Below are positions 10,669 to 20,413 of a stretch of DNA of 64,000 nucleotides, one piece after another (the first letter of the stretch is position 1; each line of letters begins with the position of its first letter). The translations under genes were made by a program, and so were the position numbers. The notes below the pieces were generated by a model. The model ran no database searches. It saw only the letters and a program-made list of their open reading frames with translations, and had not been told where the DNA came from. This DNA is from an uncultured Pelagibacteraceae bacterium (lineage in GTDB: Bacteria; Pseudomonadota; Alphaproteobacteria; Pelagibacterales; Pelagibacteraceae): NCBI GenBank assembly GCA_902581925.1, contig CACHQB010000005.1:6996-70995 (forward strand), written 5' to 3'.

Positions 10669-10944
10669 ATGGAAAAAATAATTTTTTTTGGATTGGTTAT
10701 TCCTATTATGGCTTATGTTTTATATTTAGGTGGAATGGCAATTATGAATGGTTTTAAGTCTAAGGAAGCTAATAGAGTTGAAAAGGAGCAATCCGAAAGT
10801 GAGATCGATGAGATAAGCGAGACTGCTTCTGAACAAAATAGCAATTTAAGTGATGAACTCACTAAATTAAATGGTTTAAAAGAAAAAGGAATTATTTCTC
10901 AAGAGGAATTTGAAAAGGCGAAAAATAAACTATTAAATAATTAA
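10669..10944 (+). CDS. Membrane-anchored SHOCT domain protein
   Basis: N-terminal TM; C-terminal DELTKLNGLKEKGIISQEEFEKAKNKLL matches the SHOCT pattern. Confidence 0.85.
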   Translation: MEKIIFFGLVIPIMAYVLYLGGMAIMNGFKSKEANRVEKEQSESEIDEISETASEQNSNLSDELTKLNGLKEKGIISQEEFEKAKNKLLNN

Positions 10945-10955
10945 ATAGTTTAATC

Positions 10956-11843
10956 ATGTTTAATGGTTTTAAAAAAAAATTTGTTAAGGTAAACAAAGGT
11001 AAAATTTTTTGTAGATTTAAAGGTAAAGGTCCTCCTTTATTACTACTTCATGGATATCCCCAAACACATGTGATGTGGCACAAGACTGCCCCTGAGCTTA
11101 GTAAATATTTCACCGTAATAGTTGCTGACCTTAGAGGATATGGAGATAGTTTGGTTTTACCTGGTGGTACTAATCATAAAAATTATTCTAAAAGAGAAAT
11201 GGCTAAAGATATGGTTCAATTGATGAGCAAATTAAATTTTAAAAAATTTTTTGTTGCAGGACATGATAGAGGCGGGAGAGTTGCACATAGAATGGCAAGA
11301 GATTATAGAAATAAAATTATGGCTTTAAGTGTATTAGATATTTGTCCAACTCTTGATATGTACGAGCACACAGATATGAAATTTGCAAAAGGATATTTTC
11401 ATTGGTTTTATTTGATACAGCCTGCACCTTTACCAGAAAAAATGATAATGGCAGACCCTAAAAGATGGCTACACAGTCGGTTTAATAGGTCATCTAAACG
11501 TGCGATTGGAAGAGTTGAAGATGAATATTTTAGAGCCTTTAGACAAAATAAAAGAATTCATGCAACATGCGAAGATTATAGAGCTGCGGCGACTATAGAC
11601 TTAGAGCACGATAAAAAAGATAGAAATAAAAAATTAAATATTCCTATCCAAGTTTTGTGGGGAAAAAAAGGAGTAGTTGGAAAGCAGTTTAATTCTATTA
11701 AAATTTGGCAAAAATATACAAATAAAAAAATCTATGGTGCAGAAATTAATTCAGATCATTTCATTCCAGAGGAAAGTCCTAAAAAAACTATAAATCATCT
11801 AAAAAAATTTTTTCTAGAAAATGTTAAAAATAATTCCAAATAA
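10956..11843 (+). CDS. Haloacetate/fluoroacetate dehalogenase-type alpha/beta hydrolase
   Basis: LLHGYPQTH, GHDRGGRVAHR (Asp nucleophile + two Arg), VLDICPT, YFHWF, CEDYRA, DHFIPEE. Confidence 0.85.
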   Translation: MFNGFKKKFVKVNKGKIFCRFKGKGPPLLLLHGYPQTHVMWHKTAPELSKYFTVIVADLRGYGDSLVLPGGTNHKNYSKREMAKDMVQLMSKLNFKKFFVAGHDRGGRVAHRMARDYRNKIMALSVLDICPTLDMYEHTDMKFAKGYFHWFYLIQPAPLPEKMIMADPKRWLHSRFNRSSKRAIGRVEDEYFRAFRQNKRIHATCEDYRAAATIDLEHDKKDRNKKLNIPIQVLWGKKGVVGKQFNSIKIWQKYTNKKIYGAEINSDHFIPEESPKKTINHLKKFFLENVKNNSK

Positions 11844-12612
11844 AAAAAATATTGGAGCAGAAATAATTGTAAATTTAAAAGATGTTTCAAATAAAGATAT
11901 TTCAAAAATCAAAAAAGCACTGAATAAATATGGAATGTTATATTTTAAAGAACAAAAATTAACTTCTAAACTTTTCATTAAGTTTGCAAAATATTTTGGA
12001 AATTTAGCTAACTATCCAAGACTAAAAGGTTTAAATAAAAAATTCCCTCAAATTACAGTGGTGCAAAGAAAATCAACTGATAAAGGGCCAAGTTTTGGTG
12101 AACAATTTCATACTGACTCGATTTATACAAAAAAGCCTCCAAGATTTACAATGTTACTTTCTAAACTTGTCCCAAAAACAGGAAAAGCTAATACAGAATT
12201 TTGTTCTCAATATCTTGCTTATAAAGAACTACCAAATCCAATAAAAAGAAAATTTAAAAATATTAAAGGTAAATATTCCTCTGAGGGTCCGATATCGGTT
12301 ACAACAAAAGAAAGAGTAAAAGAAAAAGGAAAAAATATTAAAGAACTTAAATCTTCACATAAAATAATTAGGAAAATCAGTACAAATTATTCGATTTATT
12401 GCAGTCCAGGACATTTTGTTGGTTTTAGTTCAAAGATAAAAAATCAAGAAAAATTCAAAAAATTTTTATTTAATCATCAAATTAAGAAGAAGTTTCAATT
12501 TTCTTTGCCTTGGGAAAAAAATCAATTGGCTATATGGGATAACAGATCTATGCTCCATCAGGCAACACCCTTCAAAGGAAATAGAATAATGCATAGAATA
12601 ACGATTAAATAA
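11821..12612 (+). CDS. TauD/TfdA family Fe(II)/2-oxoglutarate dioxygenase
   Basis: IGAEI, FHTDS (HxD), IWDNRSMLHQA, MHRIT. Confidence 0.9.
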   Translation: MLKIIPNKKNIGAEIIVNLKDVSNKDISKIKKALNKYGMLYFKEQKLTSKLFIKFAKYFGNLANYPRLKGLNKKFPQITVVQRKSTDKGPSFGEQFHTDSIYTKKPPRFTMLLSKLVPKTGKANTEFCSQYLAYKELPNPIKRKFKNIKGKYSSEGPISVTTKERVKEKGKNIKELKSSHKIIRKISTNYSIYCSPGHFVGFSSKIKNQEKFKKFLFNHQIKKKFQFSLPWEKNQLAIWDNRSMLHQATPFKGNRIMHRITIK

Positions 12613-12615
12613 TTT

Positions 12616-13542
12616 ATGTTCACAATTTTTTTAGGACTAACTCCATTTATATTTATTACTTTTTTAGGGTTTGTATTTGGTAAGTTAAAAGTCTTAGACC
12701 TTAGTCATGCTAAAATTTTAAATCTTTTTTTGTTCTATATTGCAGTGCCAGCATTGATAATTAAGCTAATAGCACAAAATGAAATTGGACAAGTGGATTT
12801 CAAACAAATTTTTTCTTATTTAATTATGCAATCGATATGCGGAATTATTGCTTACTTAATTACTTCAAAATATTTTAAAAGATCAATTCCAGAGTCAATT
12901 ATTTGGGCTTTAACAGTTGCATTATCAAACCATGTGACTTTGCTTTTGCCAATAACAGAAATTTATTTTCAACAAAATGTAATTACACAAGTTGCAAGTA
13001 TCATATTAATGGATGGGATAATTTTATTATCTGTAATTGCTTTTTTTCTCGAATTATCTACAAAAAAAAATGTAAATTTATTTAATTTTATTAAAAATTT
13101 ATTTTTAAACCCATTTATACTTTCAATAATTATAGGTCTATTATTTTTATTATTAAATTTTAATATTGATCAAACACCGATTGAATACACTTTGTCTAAA
13201 CTTGCAGCATGTGTTTCTCCAGTTGGATTGTTTGCAATTGGCATAACTCTTTCATTTTATACTAAAAATGTAATTAACAAATTATCCGTATCTATTTCAG
13301 TTTTAAAATTAGTTATTTCCCCAATAATTTTATTGTTAATTGGATTAGTGTTTTTTAATGCAGGATTGCCAGCTGAAATACCAGGTGCTTTCTTTGTGAG
13401 TGTTGCGCCTTGCGGAGTTACTTCTATAGTTTTATGTGCAGCGTATAATGTAAGTCCCGAAAATATAATTAAAGCAATTTTTGTCTCTACTATTGCTTCT
13501 ATTGGAACTATATTTTTTGCAATTAAGTATTTAACTCTATAA
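12616..13542 (+). CDS. AEC (auxin efflux carrier-like) family transporter
   Basis: About 10 TM; FYIAVPAL, NPFILS, PVGLFAIG, LKLVISP. Confidence 0.85.
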   Translation: MFTIFLGLTPFIFITFLGFVFGKLKVLDLSHAKILNLFLFYIAVPALIIKLIAQNEIGQVDFKQIFSYLIMQSICGIIAYLITSKYFKRSIPESIIWALTVALSNHVTLLLPITEIYFQQNVITQVASIILMDGIILLSVIAFFLELSTKKNVNLFNFIKNLFLNPFILSIIIGLLFLLLNFNIDQTPIEYTLSKLAACVSPVGLFAIGITLSFYTKNVINKLSVSISVLKLVISPIILLLIGLVFFNAGLPAEIPGAFFVSVAPCGVTSIVLCAAYNVSPENIIKAIFVSTIASIGTIFFAIKYLTL

Positions 13543-14520
13543 CAATTTATCTAAAGGACTAACTTCTCCAATTTTAAAAATAATAGCATCTTCTTTACTA
13601 AAACCATATTTTTCAGCACTATCTTTAAATCTAATTGGGGGTTCCATAATCGGCTCTAATGATAAAACAAATGTTCCCCAATGCATTCCTAATACTTTTT
13701 TACTTTTTAGGTCCTGTGCAACATTCAAGGCTTCTTCAGGTGTAGTATGATAAATAGTTTTATCAAACATTGGTTTGAAATTATATGCCCCAATATTAAT
13801 CATTGTCAGATCTATAGGACCATATTTTTCACCTAGTTCTTTGTAGATTTCCCCATATCCGGTGTCACATGCAAATAAAATTTTTTTATTTTTATGTTCT
13901 ATTAAAAAATTGCCCCACAAAGTTTTATTAGTGTCTGTTAAACTTCTCTTTGACCAATGAACTGCAGGAAGTAAAGAAATTTTCAAATCCTCATTTATAA
14001 TTATTTGATCATACCAATCCATTTCATTTACATCTTTATATCCTTTAAAATATTTACCAAGATTAAGAGGTGTTAATACTTTTGCACTCTTGAAAGGAAA
14101 ATTTCTAATTGTTGACATGTCCTGATGATCGTAATGATTATGAGTGAGTAAAAATATATCTGTTTGGGGTATCTCATTTAATTTTATTGCGGGATTAGTA
14201 AATCTTTTTGGACCAAAGATAAGTGGTCCAGCATTTTTTGAAAATACAGGGTCTGTTATAAAAGTGGTTTTACCTAATTTTATGAGGTATGTCGCGTGAC
14301 CTATCCAAGCAATATAATCATTATCTTTATATTTTTCTAAATCAGCTAACACTTTTTCTTTTTCAATCACATGTTCTTTTGGATAAGATAAATCAACTTT
14401 TTTTCTTAATTTACTGAAAGTTCTATAAGAAAATTTTCCTGATCTGGATATTATTACTGGAGATCCTTTTGGATTCCTGAAAGTACCATCAGGTAAATGA
14501 TGATAAGGTCTTTCTTTCAT
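13537..14520 (-). CDS. MBL-fold metallo-hydrolase (NAPE-PLD/RomA-like)
   Basis: WIGHAT, TDPVFS, THNHYDH, PAVHWSKR, IGAY, MHWGTF. Confidence 0.9.
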   Translation of the reverse strand: MKERPYHHLPDGTFRNPKGSPVIISRSGKFSYRTFSKLRKKVDLSYPKEHVIEKEKVLADLEKYKDNDYIAWIGHATYLIKLGKTTFITDPVFSKNAGPLIFGPKRFTNPAIKLNEIPQTDIFLLTHNHYDHQDMSTIRNFPFKSAKVLTPLNLGKYFKGYKDVNEMDWYDQIIINEDLKISLLPAVHWSKRSLTDTNKTLWGNFLIEHKNKKILFACDTGYGEIYKELGEKYGPIDLTMINIGAYNFKPMFDKTIYHTTPEEALNVAQDLKSKKVLGMHWGTFVLSLEPIMEPPIRFKDSAEKYGFSKEDAIIFKIGEVSPLDKLL

Positions 14521-14521
14521 A

Positions 14522-15589
14522 TTATTTTTTTTTCTCCATTAACCATAAATTGTTTCCTGCAAGAAAATATATTTTTCCATTAACTGGGTGAACTTGTATA
14601 TCTCTTATTCTTCCAATTTTATCTTTGAAAATAATTGTTTCTTCAATGTTAGATGAATTTTTAAAGTTTAATTTTCTCATTGATTTATCTTTTAAAGAAG
14701 TAATTAACGCTTCGCCATTCCATTCACTAAATTCTTTTCCCTTATAAATAGTTATAGCACTTGCTGCTATTGAAGGTACCCAGTATTGGATTGCTTTGGT
14801 AAAGCCTGGTTTCCATTTAGGTCCAATCTTTGAGCCTGAATAATTTGTTCCACCCCAACCTAAAATTTTCCAACCATAATTTTCTCCTTTTTTTATTTCA
14901 CCAAACCAATCACCACCTTTTGCACCATGGTTGCTTGCATAAATTTTTCCATCAAAAGAGGAATAGGTTAAGCCTTGAGGATTACGAACACCAATTTGAT
15001 AAATTTCTGGTAACCAATCTGATTTACCGTCAAACTTAGGGTTATCTTCTGGAATACTACCATCTAAATAAATTCTGATAATACTTCCAGGATGATTTGT
15101 CGGATCTTGAGCAATCATACCCCCACCTCTTTCACCAGCAGATGCAAAAAGATAATTGTCTTTAATAGCCAGTCTTGAACCAAAATGATAACCAGATTCT
15201 ATTGGTGGTTCAGCTTGAAATATATTTTTGAAATCTAAATTTTTTTTATTTAATTTAGCTTTTGCAATTGATGTACTAGTTTTCCAATCCCCTCTATTTT
15301 CTGAATAAGAAATCCATAAGTAATTATCTTGGTAAATAATATCTAATAAACCTCCTTGTCCGTGAACAAAATAATTTAAGTTATGTTCAACTTCATAAAT
15401 TTCTTCAGAAATAATATTTACTATTTTTATTTTTCCAGTTTTTTCAGTGATAATAAGCTCTTCATTATTTATAAAAGATGATCCCCATGGTTCGTTTAAA
15501 ACTGTCAATTTTTTAAAAGTAAAATTTTCAGAAAAACTTTTCGATGAAAATAATAAAAAGAAAAATATCGATAAAAAATATTTGATCAC
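14522..15589 (-). CDS. PQQ-dependent sugar (aldose/sorbosone) dehydrogenase family
   Basis: Signal peptide; EPWG, GQGGLLDI, HFGSRL, GVRNPQG, GRIRDI. GTG 15589 preferred to avoid overlap with the SDR gene. Confidence 0.85.
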   Translation of the reverse strand: MIKYFLSIFFFLLFSSKSFSENFTFKKLTVLNEPWGSSFINNEELIITEKTGKIKIVNIISEEIYEVEHNLNYFVHGQGGLLDIIYQDNYLWISYSENRGDWKTSTSIAKAKLNKKNLDFKNIFQAEPPIESGYHFGSRLAIKDNYLFASAGERGGGMIAQDPTNHPGSIIRIYLDGSIPEDNPKFDGKSDWLPEIYQIGVRNPQGLTYSSFDGKIYASNHGAKGGDWFGEIKKGENYGWKILGWGGTNYSGSKIGPKWKPGFTKAIQYWVPSIAASAITIYKGKEFSEWNGEALITSLKDKSMRKLNFKNSSNIEETIIFKDKIGRIRDIQVHPVNGKIYFLAGNNLWLMEKKK

Positions 15590-15590
15590 T

Positions 15591-16301
15591 TTATGAAAGT
15601 TTAGATCTACCACCATCTACAGCAATTATTTGGCCTGTAACCCAAGAACTATCTTCTGTTAGTAAGAATTTAGCAAGAGCAGCAGAGTCTTTACCTTCAC
15701 CTAACCTTTTAAGAGGATGTGCTTTTGCAATACCTTCAGCTATAGCAGTATTTTTTAACATTGGTTCTGCTATTTTAGATTTTGTTAAACTTGGTGCCAC
15801 ACAATTCACTCTTATGTTTGGAGCAAATTCTGCTGCAAGAGAAACCGTCAATCCTTCAACAGCAGCTTTTGCTGAAGCTATGATTGCATGATTGGTAAAA
15901 CCTCTTTGAGCAGCAACAGTTGAAAATAATACTATTGAACCTTTATTTTTTTTTAAACTTTCCTGATATCCTTTAATAGCTTCTACAGCAGAATAAAGAT
16001 TAAGTTTCATACATTTCTGAAAGTCTTGTTCATTTACCATTCTTAATGGTTTCAAATCAATTGAACCTACACAATACGCTAGGCCTTTAATTTCAGAAAT
16101 ATCTGATTTAACTTTTTCTATAAACCCATCCTCTAAAACATCTGCAACGGTATGTGTGCATCCAAGTTTTTCAGCGACAGAACTAAGTTCACTTCCATTT
16201 CTTCCAACTAAATGAATATTGTTTCCAGAGTTTTTTAATTGCTCCGCTAAACTTGATCCAATAGAACCTGTCGCACCAAAAACTACATATTTTTCTGACA
16301 T
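15591..16301 (-). CDS. Short-chain dehydrogenase/reductase (atypical active site)
   Basis: GATGSIG, IRVNCVAP, WVTGQIIAVDGG. The YxxxK position reads IASAK. Confidence 0.9.
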   Translation of the reverse strand: MSEKYVVFGATGSIGSSLAEQLKNSGNNIHLVGRNGSELSSVAEKLGCTHTVADVLEDGFIEKVKSDISEIKGLAYCVGSIDLKPLRMVNEQDFQKCMKLNLYSAVEAIKGYQESLKKNKGSIVLFSTVAAQRGFTNHAIIASAKAAVEGLTVSLAAEFAPNIRVNCVAPSLTKSKIAEPMLKNTAIAEGIAKAHPLKRLGEGKDSAALAKFLLTEDSSWVTGQIIAVDGGRSKLS

Positions 16302-16328
16302 AAAAAATTTTATTAGTTATATTTAACT

Positions 16329-17819
16329 ATGAAGTTATTTTTTATACTTGGTAATCAATTATTTCCAACAAAATACCTAGACCGCTTCAAAAAAGACCAC
16401 CTATTTTTTATGGCTGAAGATAAGGGTTTATGCACATATGAAAAGCATCATAAACAAAAAATTTTATTATTTTTATCTTCTATGCGTTCTTTTGCAGATG
16501 GATTAAGAAAAAATAAATTTAAATTAGATTATTATAAAATCGAGGATAAAGAATTTAATGAAGATTATTTAAAAAAATTAAAAAAAATAATTACACAAAA
16601 AAAAGTAAAAGAAATTTCAAGTTTTGAAGTAGAAGATAAATTTTTTGAAAAAAAAATTTCACAATTTTTTAAAAAAGAAAAAATAAATTGGAATATTATT
16701 CAAACTCCCATGTTTTTAAATTCAAGAGCTGAATTTAAAAATTATTTATCAAAATCAAAAAAACCTTTTATGGCAACTTTCTACAAAGATGTTAGAAAAA
16801 AATCTGGAATATTGATGGGTTCAGATGGTAATCCTATCGGGGGAAAATGGAGCTTTGACGAGGATAACAGAAATAAATTACCTAAAAATATTTCAATTCC
16901 TAAATTTCCAAAAATAAATGAAACCGCTCACACAAAAAAATTAAAGCCTATTATTGAAAAGGAATTTAAAAATCACCCAGGGAGTACAAATAATTTTTGG
17001 TTTGCAACAGAATACGAAGATGTAGTTAAACTTTTAAATTTTTTTATAAAAGAAAAATCAAACTTATTTGGTGATTATGAGGATGCAGTTGATCAAAAAG
17101 ATAATATCCTGTTCCATAGTGCATTAAGTCCTTACATAAATTTAGGTTTAATAACCCCTGAATTTGTTGTCCAAAAAGTTTTAGACTTTCACAAGAAAAA
17201 TAAAATTAGAATGAATTCTTTAGAGGGTTACATTCGTCAAGTGATTGGTTGGCGAGAATTTATGCGAGGAATTTATCAGTCATACTCTCAAGAAATGGAA
17301 ACTGGAAATTTTTTCAAACAAAACAGAAAAATGAAAAATTCTTGGTACGATGGAACCACTGGTCTTCCACCTTTGGATTATGCAATTAAAAATGCCGTTA
17401 ATCATGGTTGGTCACATCATATTGAAAGGTTAATGATCTTATCAAATATTATGAACCTTTGTGAAATCAAGCCAACAATTGTTTACAAATGGTTCATGGA
17501 GATGTTTGTAGACTCCTCAGATTGGGTAATGGTTCCAAATGTATATGGGATGGGATTATTTAGTGATGGAGGAATTTTTGCAACCAAACCTTATATTTGT
17601 GGATCTGCATATTTTATGAAAATGATGGACTTTAAGAAAGGTGATTGGTGTAACACCATGGATGGTCTTTACTGGAGATTCATAGATCGAAATAGAAAAT
17701 TTTTTTTAAAAAATCCTCGTTTATCGATGATGGTGAGGATATTTGACAAAATGAAATCTGATAGAAAAAAATTAATTTTATCTGAAGCTGATAAATTTAT
17801 TAAATTAAATACAATTTGA
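16329..17819 (+). CDS. Bacterial (6-4) photolyase/cryptochrome, PhrB/CryB-like, apparently without Fe-S cluster
   Basis: [71 protein letters not shown]. Confidence 0.9.
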   Translation: MKLFFILGNQLFPTKYLDRFKKDHLFFMAEDKGLCTYEKHHKQKILLFLSSMRSFADGLRKNKFKLDYYKIEDKEFNEDYLKKLKKIITQKKVKEISSFEVEDKFFEKKISQFFKKEKINWNIIQTPMFLNSRAEFKNYLSKSKKPFMATFYKDVRKKSGILMGSDGNPIGGKWSFDEDNRNKLPKNISIPKFPKINETAHTKKLKPIIEKEFKNHPGSTNNFWFATEYEDVVKLLNFFIKEKSNLFGDYEDAVDQKDNILFHSALSPYINLGLITPEFVVQKVLDFHKKNKIRMNSLEGYIRQVIGWREFMRGIYQSYSQEMETGNFFKQNRKMKNSWYDGTTGLPPLDYAIKNAVNHGWSHHIERLMILSNIMNLCEIKPTIVYKWFMEMFVDSSDWVMVPNVYGMGLFSDGGIFATKPYICGSAYFMKMMDFKKGDWCNTMDGLYWRFIDRNRKFFLKNPRLSMMVRIFDKMKSDRKKLILSEADKFIKLNTI

Positions 17820-17947
17820 TGAAAAAAGAAAATTTACCAACAAAAATTTGTCCAGTTTGCAAAAGACCATTTACTTGGCGAAAAAAATGGAAGTTGAATT
17901 GGGATAGAGTAAAATATTGTTCCAAAAAGTGTTCTAAGCTAAGCTAA
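17819..17947 (+). CDS. DUF2256-like small Cys-rich protein (42 aa)
   Basis: Not in ORF track. [42 protein letters not shown]; ATG overlaps the photolyase stop (TGATG). Confidence 0.88.
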   Translation: MKKENLPTKICPVCKRPFTWRKKWKLNWDRVKYCSKKCSKLS

Positions 17948-17952
17948 TCTTA

Positions 17953-18672
17953 GTGAACATAATAGTATTACAACATATCAAAATAGAAGATCCAGGTTAC
18001 ATTAAAGATTTAATGTTAGCTGATGGATTAAATTTAACTACCATTGAGTTAGATGAAGGTGAAAAAATACCAGATGATTTAAGTAAATTTGATGGAATGT
18101 TTTGCATGGGGGGTCCAATGGATACCTATATGGAACAAGAATATCCTTGGTTAATAGAAGAAAAGAAAGCAATTAAAGAATTTGTTGTTAATCTAAAAAA
18201 ACCTTATTTAGGTTTTTGTTTAGGTTGTCAGCTTTTAGGAGAAGTAGTGGGAGGAAAAGTAGTTAAATCTAAACCAGCAGAAATAGGGATTATGGATATT
18301 AATTTCTCTAATGAAAAAGATGAAGATAAATTATTTTCAAAATTTCCTAATACGATTAAAAGTTTACAATGGCATTCTTATGAGGTTCAGGGTATTGAAA
18401 ACAATAAAGATATAACTTTATTAGCCTCTTCTCCAATCACAAAGTATCAAATTTTTAAATATCAAAATCATGCTTATGGAATTCAATTTCATATAGAAAT
18501 AAAAGATTCTACTGTTAATGAATGGGGTTGTGTCCCGGAGTATAAAAAAGCTTTGGAAGATCAGCTTGGTAATGGTGCGTTAGAAAAGTTTGATCAATCT
18601 GCAAAAGATAACATGAAAGATATGAATAACTACTCTACAATCCTTTATAATAATTTTAAAAAACTTTTATGA
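17953..18672 (+). CDS. Class I glutamine amidotransferase-like protein
   Basis: MGGPMD, GFCLGCQLL nucleophile elbow, QWH, QFHIE. Confidence 0.9.
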   Translation: MNIIVLQHIKIEDPGYIKDLMLADGLNLTTIELDEGEKIPDDLSKFDGMFCMGGPMDTYMEQEYPWLIEEKKAIKEFVVNLKKPYLGFCLGCQLLGEVVGGKVVKSKPAEIGIMDINFSNEKDEDKLFSKFPNTIKSLQWHSYEVQGIENNKDITLLASSPITKYQIFKYQNHAYGIQFHIEIKDSTVNEWGCVPEYKKALEDQLGNGALEKFDQSAKDNMKDMNNYSTILYNNFKKLL

Positions 18673-18890
18673 ATAATAAAATTTTTGAATGGGCAGGGGT
18701 TATAACTGCAATATTGTATTCTTTGTTTGTCGCTTTAAATATAGGCATAGAATTTTTTGGGTTTTGTCTACTGTTATTGTCAGCCATTTTAATTGGAATT
18801 TGGGCCTATAGAGGTGGTCATAAAGGAATTTTATTTTTGCAATTTTTTTATGCAACTGCTGGAATTATCGGAATGGTTCGTTGGTTTTAA
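18669..18890 (+). CDS. Small membrane protein (3 TM)
   Basis: 73 aa, hydrophobic; ATG overlaps the upstream stop. Confidence 0.7.
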   Translation: MNNKIFEWAGVITAILYSLFVALNIGIEFFGFCLLLLSAILIGIWAYRGGHKGILFLQFFYATAGIIGMVRWF

Positions 18891-20026
18891 TTAAAGCTTG
18901 AAACTATTTTAGGAATATAATTTTTAAAATTAAAAAAACCTTTATTACAGTATTGCCAAGCTAATTGATCAAGATTTCTATATAAAAAATCTATCTTTAA
19001 ATTATTAGAATTTAAAAAATCTAAATTTTCACCTACTGTTGGATACAAACCGTAATAATTTTTAATATTTGTTAATTCACTTATATCTATAATTTGACAA
19101 TCAATAGATTGATTTTTTAATCTTTGTTCTTGGTCTTCTATTAAATGAGATTTAAATTTCACTAACTTTTCACTGAGTTTTATTGATCTATTTTCATTTT
19201 TATTAGAAACTAAGTAAATTTTTTCAAAGTTCTTCTCCTTAAAGTCAGTGATTTCAAACGAGAGATTATTTTCAAAAATTAAAAGACTCTTATTCTCAAT
19301 CTTTTGTGGGTTATTGAAATCCTGTTTAATTATTTGATAAGATTTTTCAGATACTTTTGGAGGAGCATTTTCATTTAATTTTACATTTTGAAATCTATTG
19401 TTAGTGAATTTTTTAATATTCCATTCACTTGCAAGGTAATGTTTTCCTTGAGTTTGAACACCCGCAACCCATCGCCACCCAAGAGTATTTGATGCAGCAT
19501 CTCCATCATAAAGATGTTGCATAAAAAATTCTGCACCTAATTGCCAAGGCAATTCTAAAGTAAAAATCCAAATACTAGCAAACCACATTCTTGTATGATT
19601 ATGCAAATAATTGTTTTCTTTAAGCTCTTTCACCCACTCATTAAAGCAATCTACTTTTGTTTTTCCTTCTATTGCCGCAATATAATCTTTATTATCTTTA
19701 AATTCATTTTTGATTTTATTTAATTCGATAAGATAATCAGCCCAAACATTTGGTCTAAGTTCTAACCAACCTTTCCAATAAGTTCGCCATAGAACTTCTT
19801 GAATAAACTTTTCATTTTTTGAAAAAGAAAATTTACTTAGAGATTTCTGAATGACTTCTTGTTCATTAATTATTCCATGAGTTATATATGGTGATAAGCA
19901 AGATATATTAGATCTTTTTTCAGGCCCAAAATCAAAATTTCTTAATTTAGAATATTCTCCAAGATTATTCTCAACAAAATTATTTAATTGATTTAAGGCC
20001 TTAGCCCTTGAAGCTTCAAATATCAT
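18887..20026 (-). CDS. Short photolyase with N-terminal FAD-binding domain (NewPHL/SPL-like CPD photolyase)
   Basis: Begins directly with the helical domain: SCLSPYITHG, FIQEVLWRTYW, YLHNHTRMWFASIW, DGDAASNTLGWRWVAG. Only 379 aa. Confidence 0.85.
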   Translation of the reverse strand: MIFEASRAKALNQLNNFVENNLGEYSKLRNFDFGPEKRSNISCLSPYITHGIINEQEVIQKSLSKFSFSKNEKFIQEVLWRTYWKGWLELRPNVWADYLIELNKIKNEFKDNKDYIAAIEGKTKVDCFNEWVKELKENNYLHNHTRMWFASIWIFTLELPWQLGAEFFMQHLYDGDAASNTLGWRWVAGVQTQGKHYLASEWNIKKFTNNRFQNVKLNENAPPKVSEKSYQIIKQDFNNPQKIENKSLLIFENNLSFEITDFKEKNFEKIYLVSNKNENRSIKLSEKLVKFKSHLIEDQEQRLKNQSIDCQIIDISELTNIKNYYGLYPTVGENLDFLNSNNLKIDFLYRNLDQLAWQYCNKGFFNFKNYIPKIVSSFN

Positions 20027-20032
20027 TTTAAA

Positions 20033-20413
20033 TTATTTTGATTTTTTTTTCTTAAGACCTAATTTGTCACTATGTCTTAATCTTAAAACAACAATTGCTC
20101 CAGCTATTAACAAAATAGCAACTGCTTCGTAAACAAGTGCAGTAGGATCCATTTCTTTACCTTGTAGAATAATAAATCGTGCAAGCGCTGTAATTGCAAT
20201 AAGAAGTGGAAGGGTAATACTAATAGATTGTTGGTTCCAAAAAACCCTAACCATTGCTAGTACTTCCAAATAAAGAAACATTAAAAGCAAATCTGCTAAT
20301 GTAACAGATTGATTTAAGAACATGTTTTTCATTTCAATCCCAACAGCAATAACAGTACTGATTAAGATAATCACCATTAGTGCTAACTGTAAGTTTTTTG
20401 CTATCTTATCCAT
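20033..20413 (-). CDS. PsiE family membrane protein
   Basis: LADLLLMFLYLEVLAM, LPLLIAITALARFIIL. Confidence 0.88.
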   Translation of the reverse strand: MDKIAKNLQLALMVIILISTVIAVGIEMKNMFLNQSVTLADLLLMFLYLEVLAMVRVFWNQQSISITLPLLIAITALARFIILQGKEMDPTALVYEAVAILLIAGAIVVLRLRHSDKLGLKKKKSK

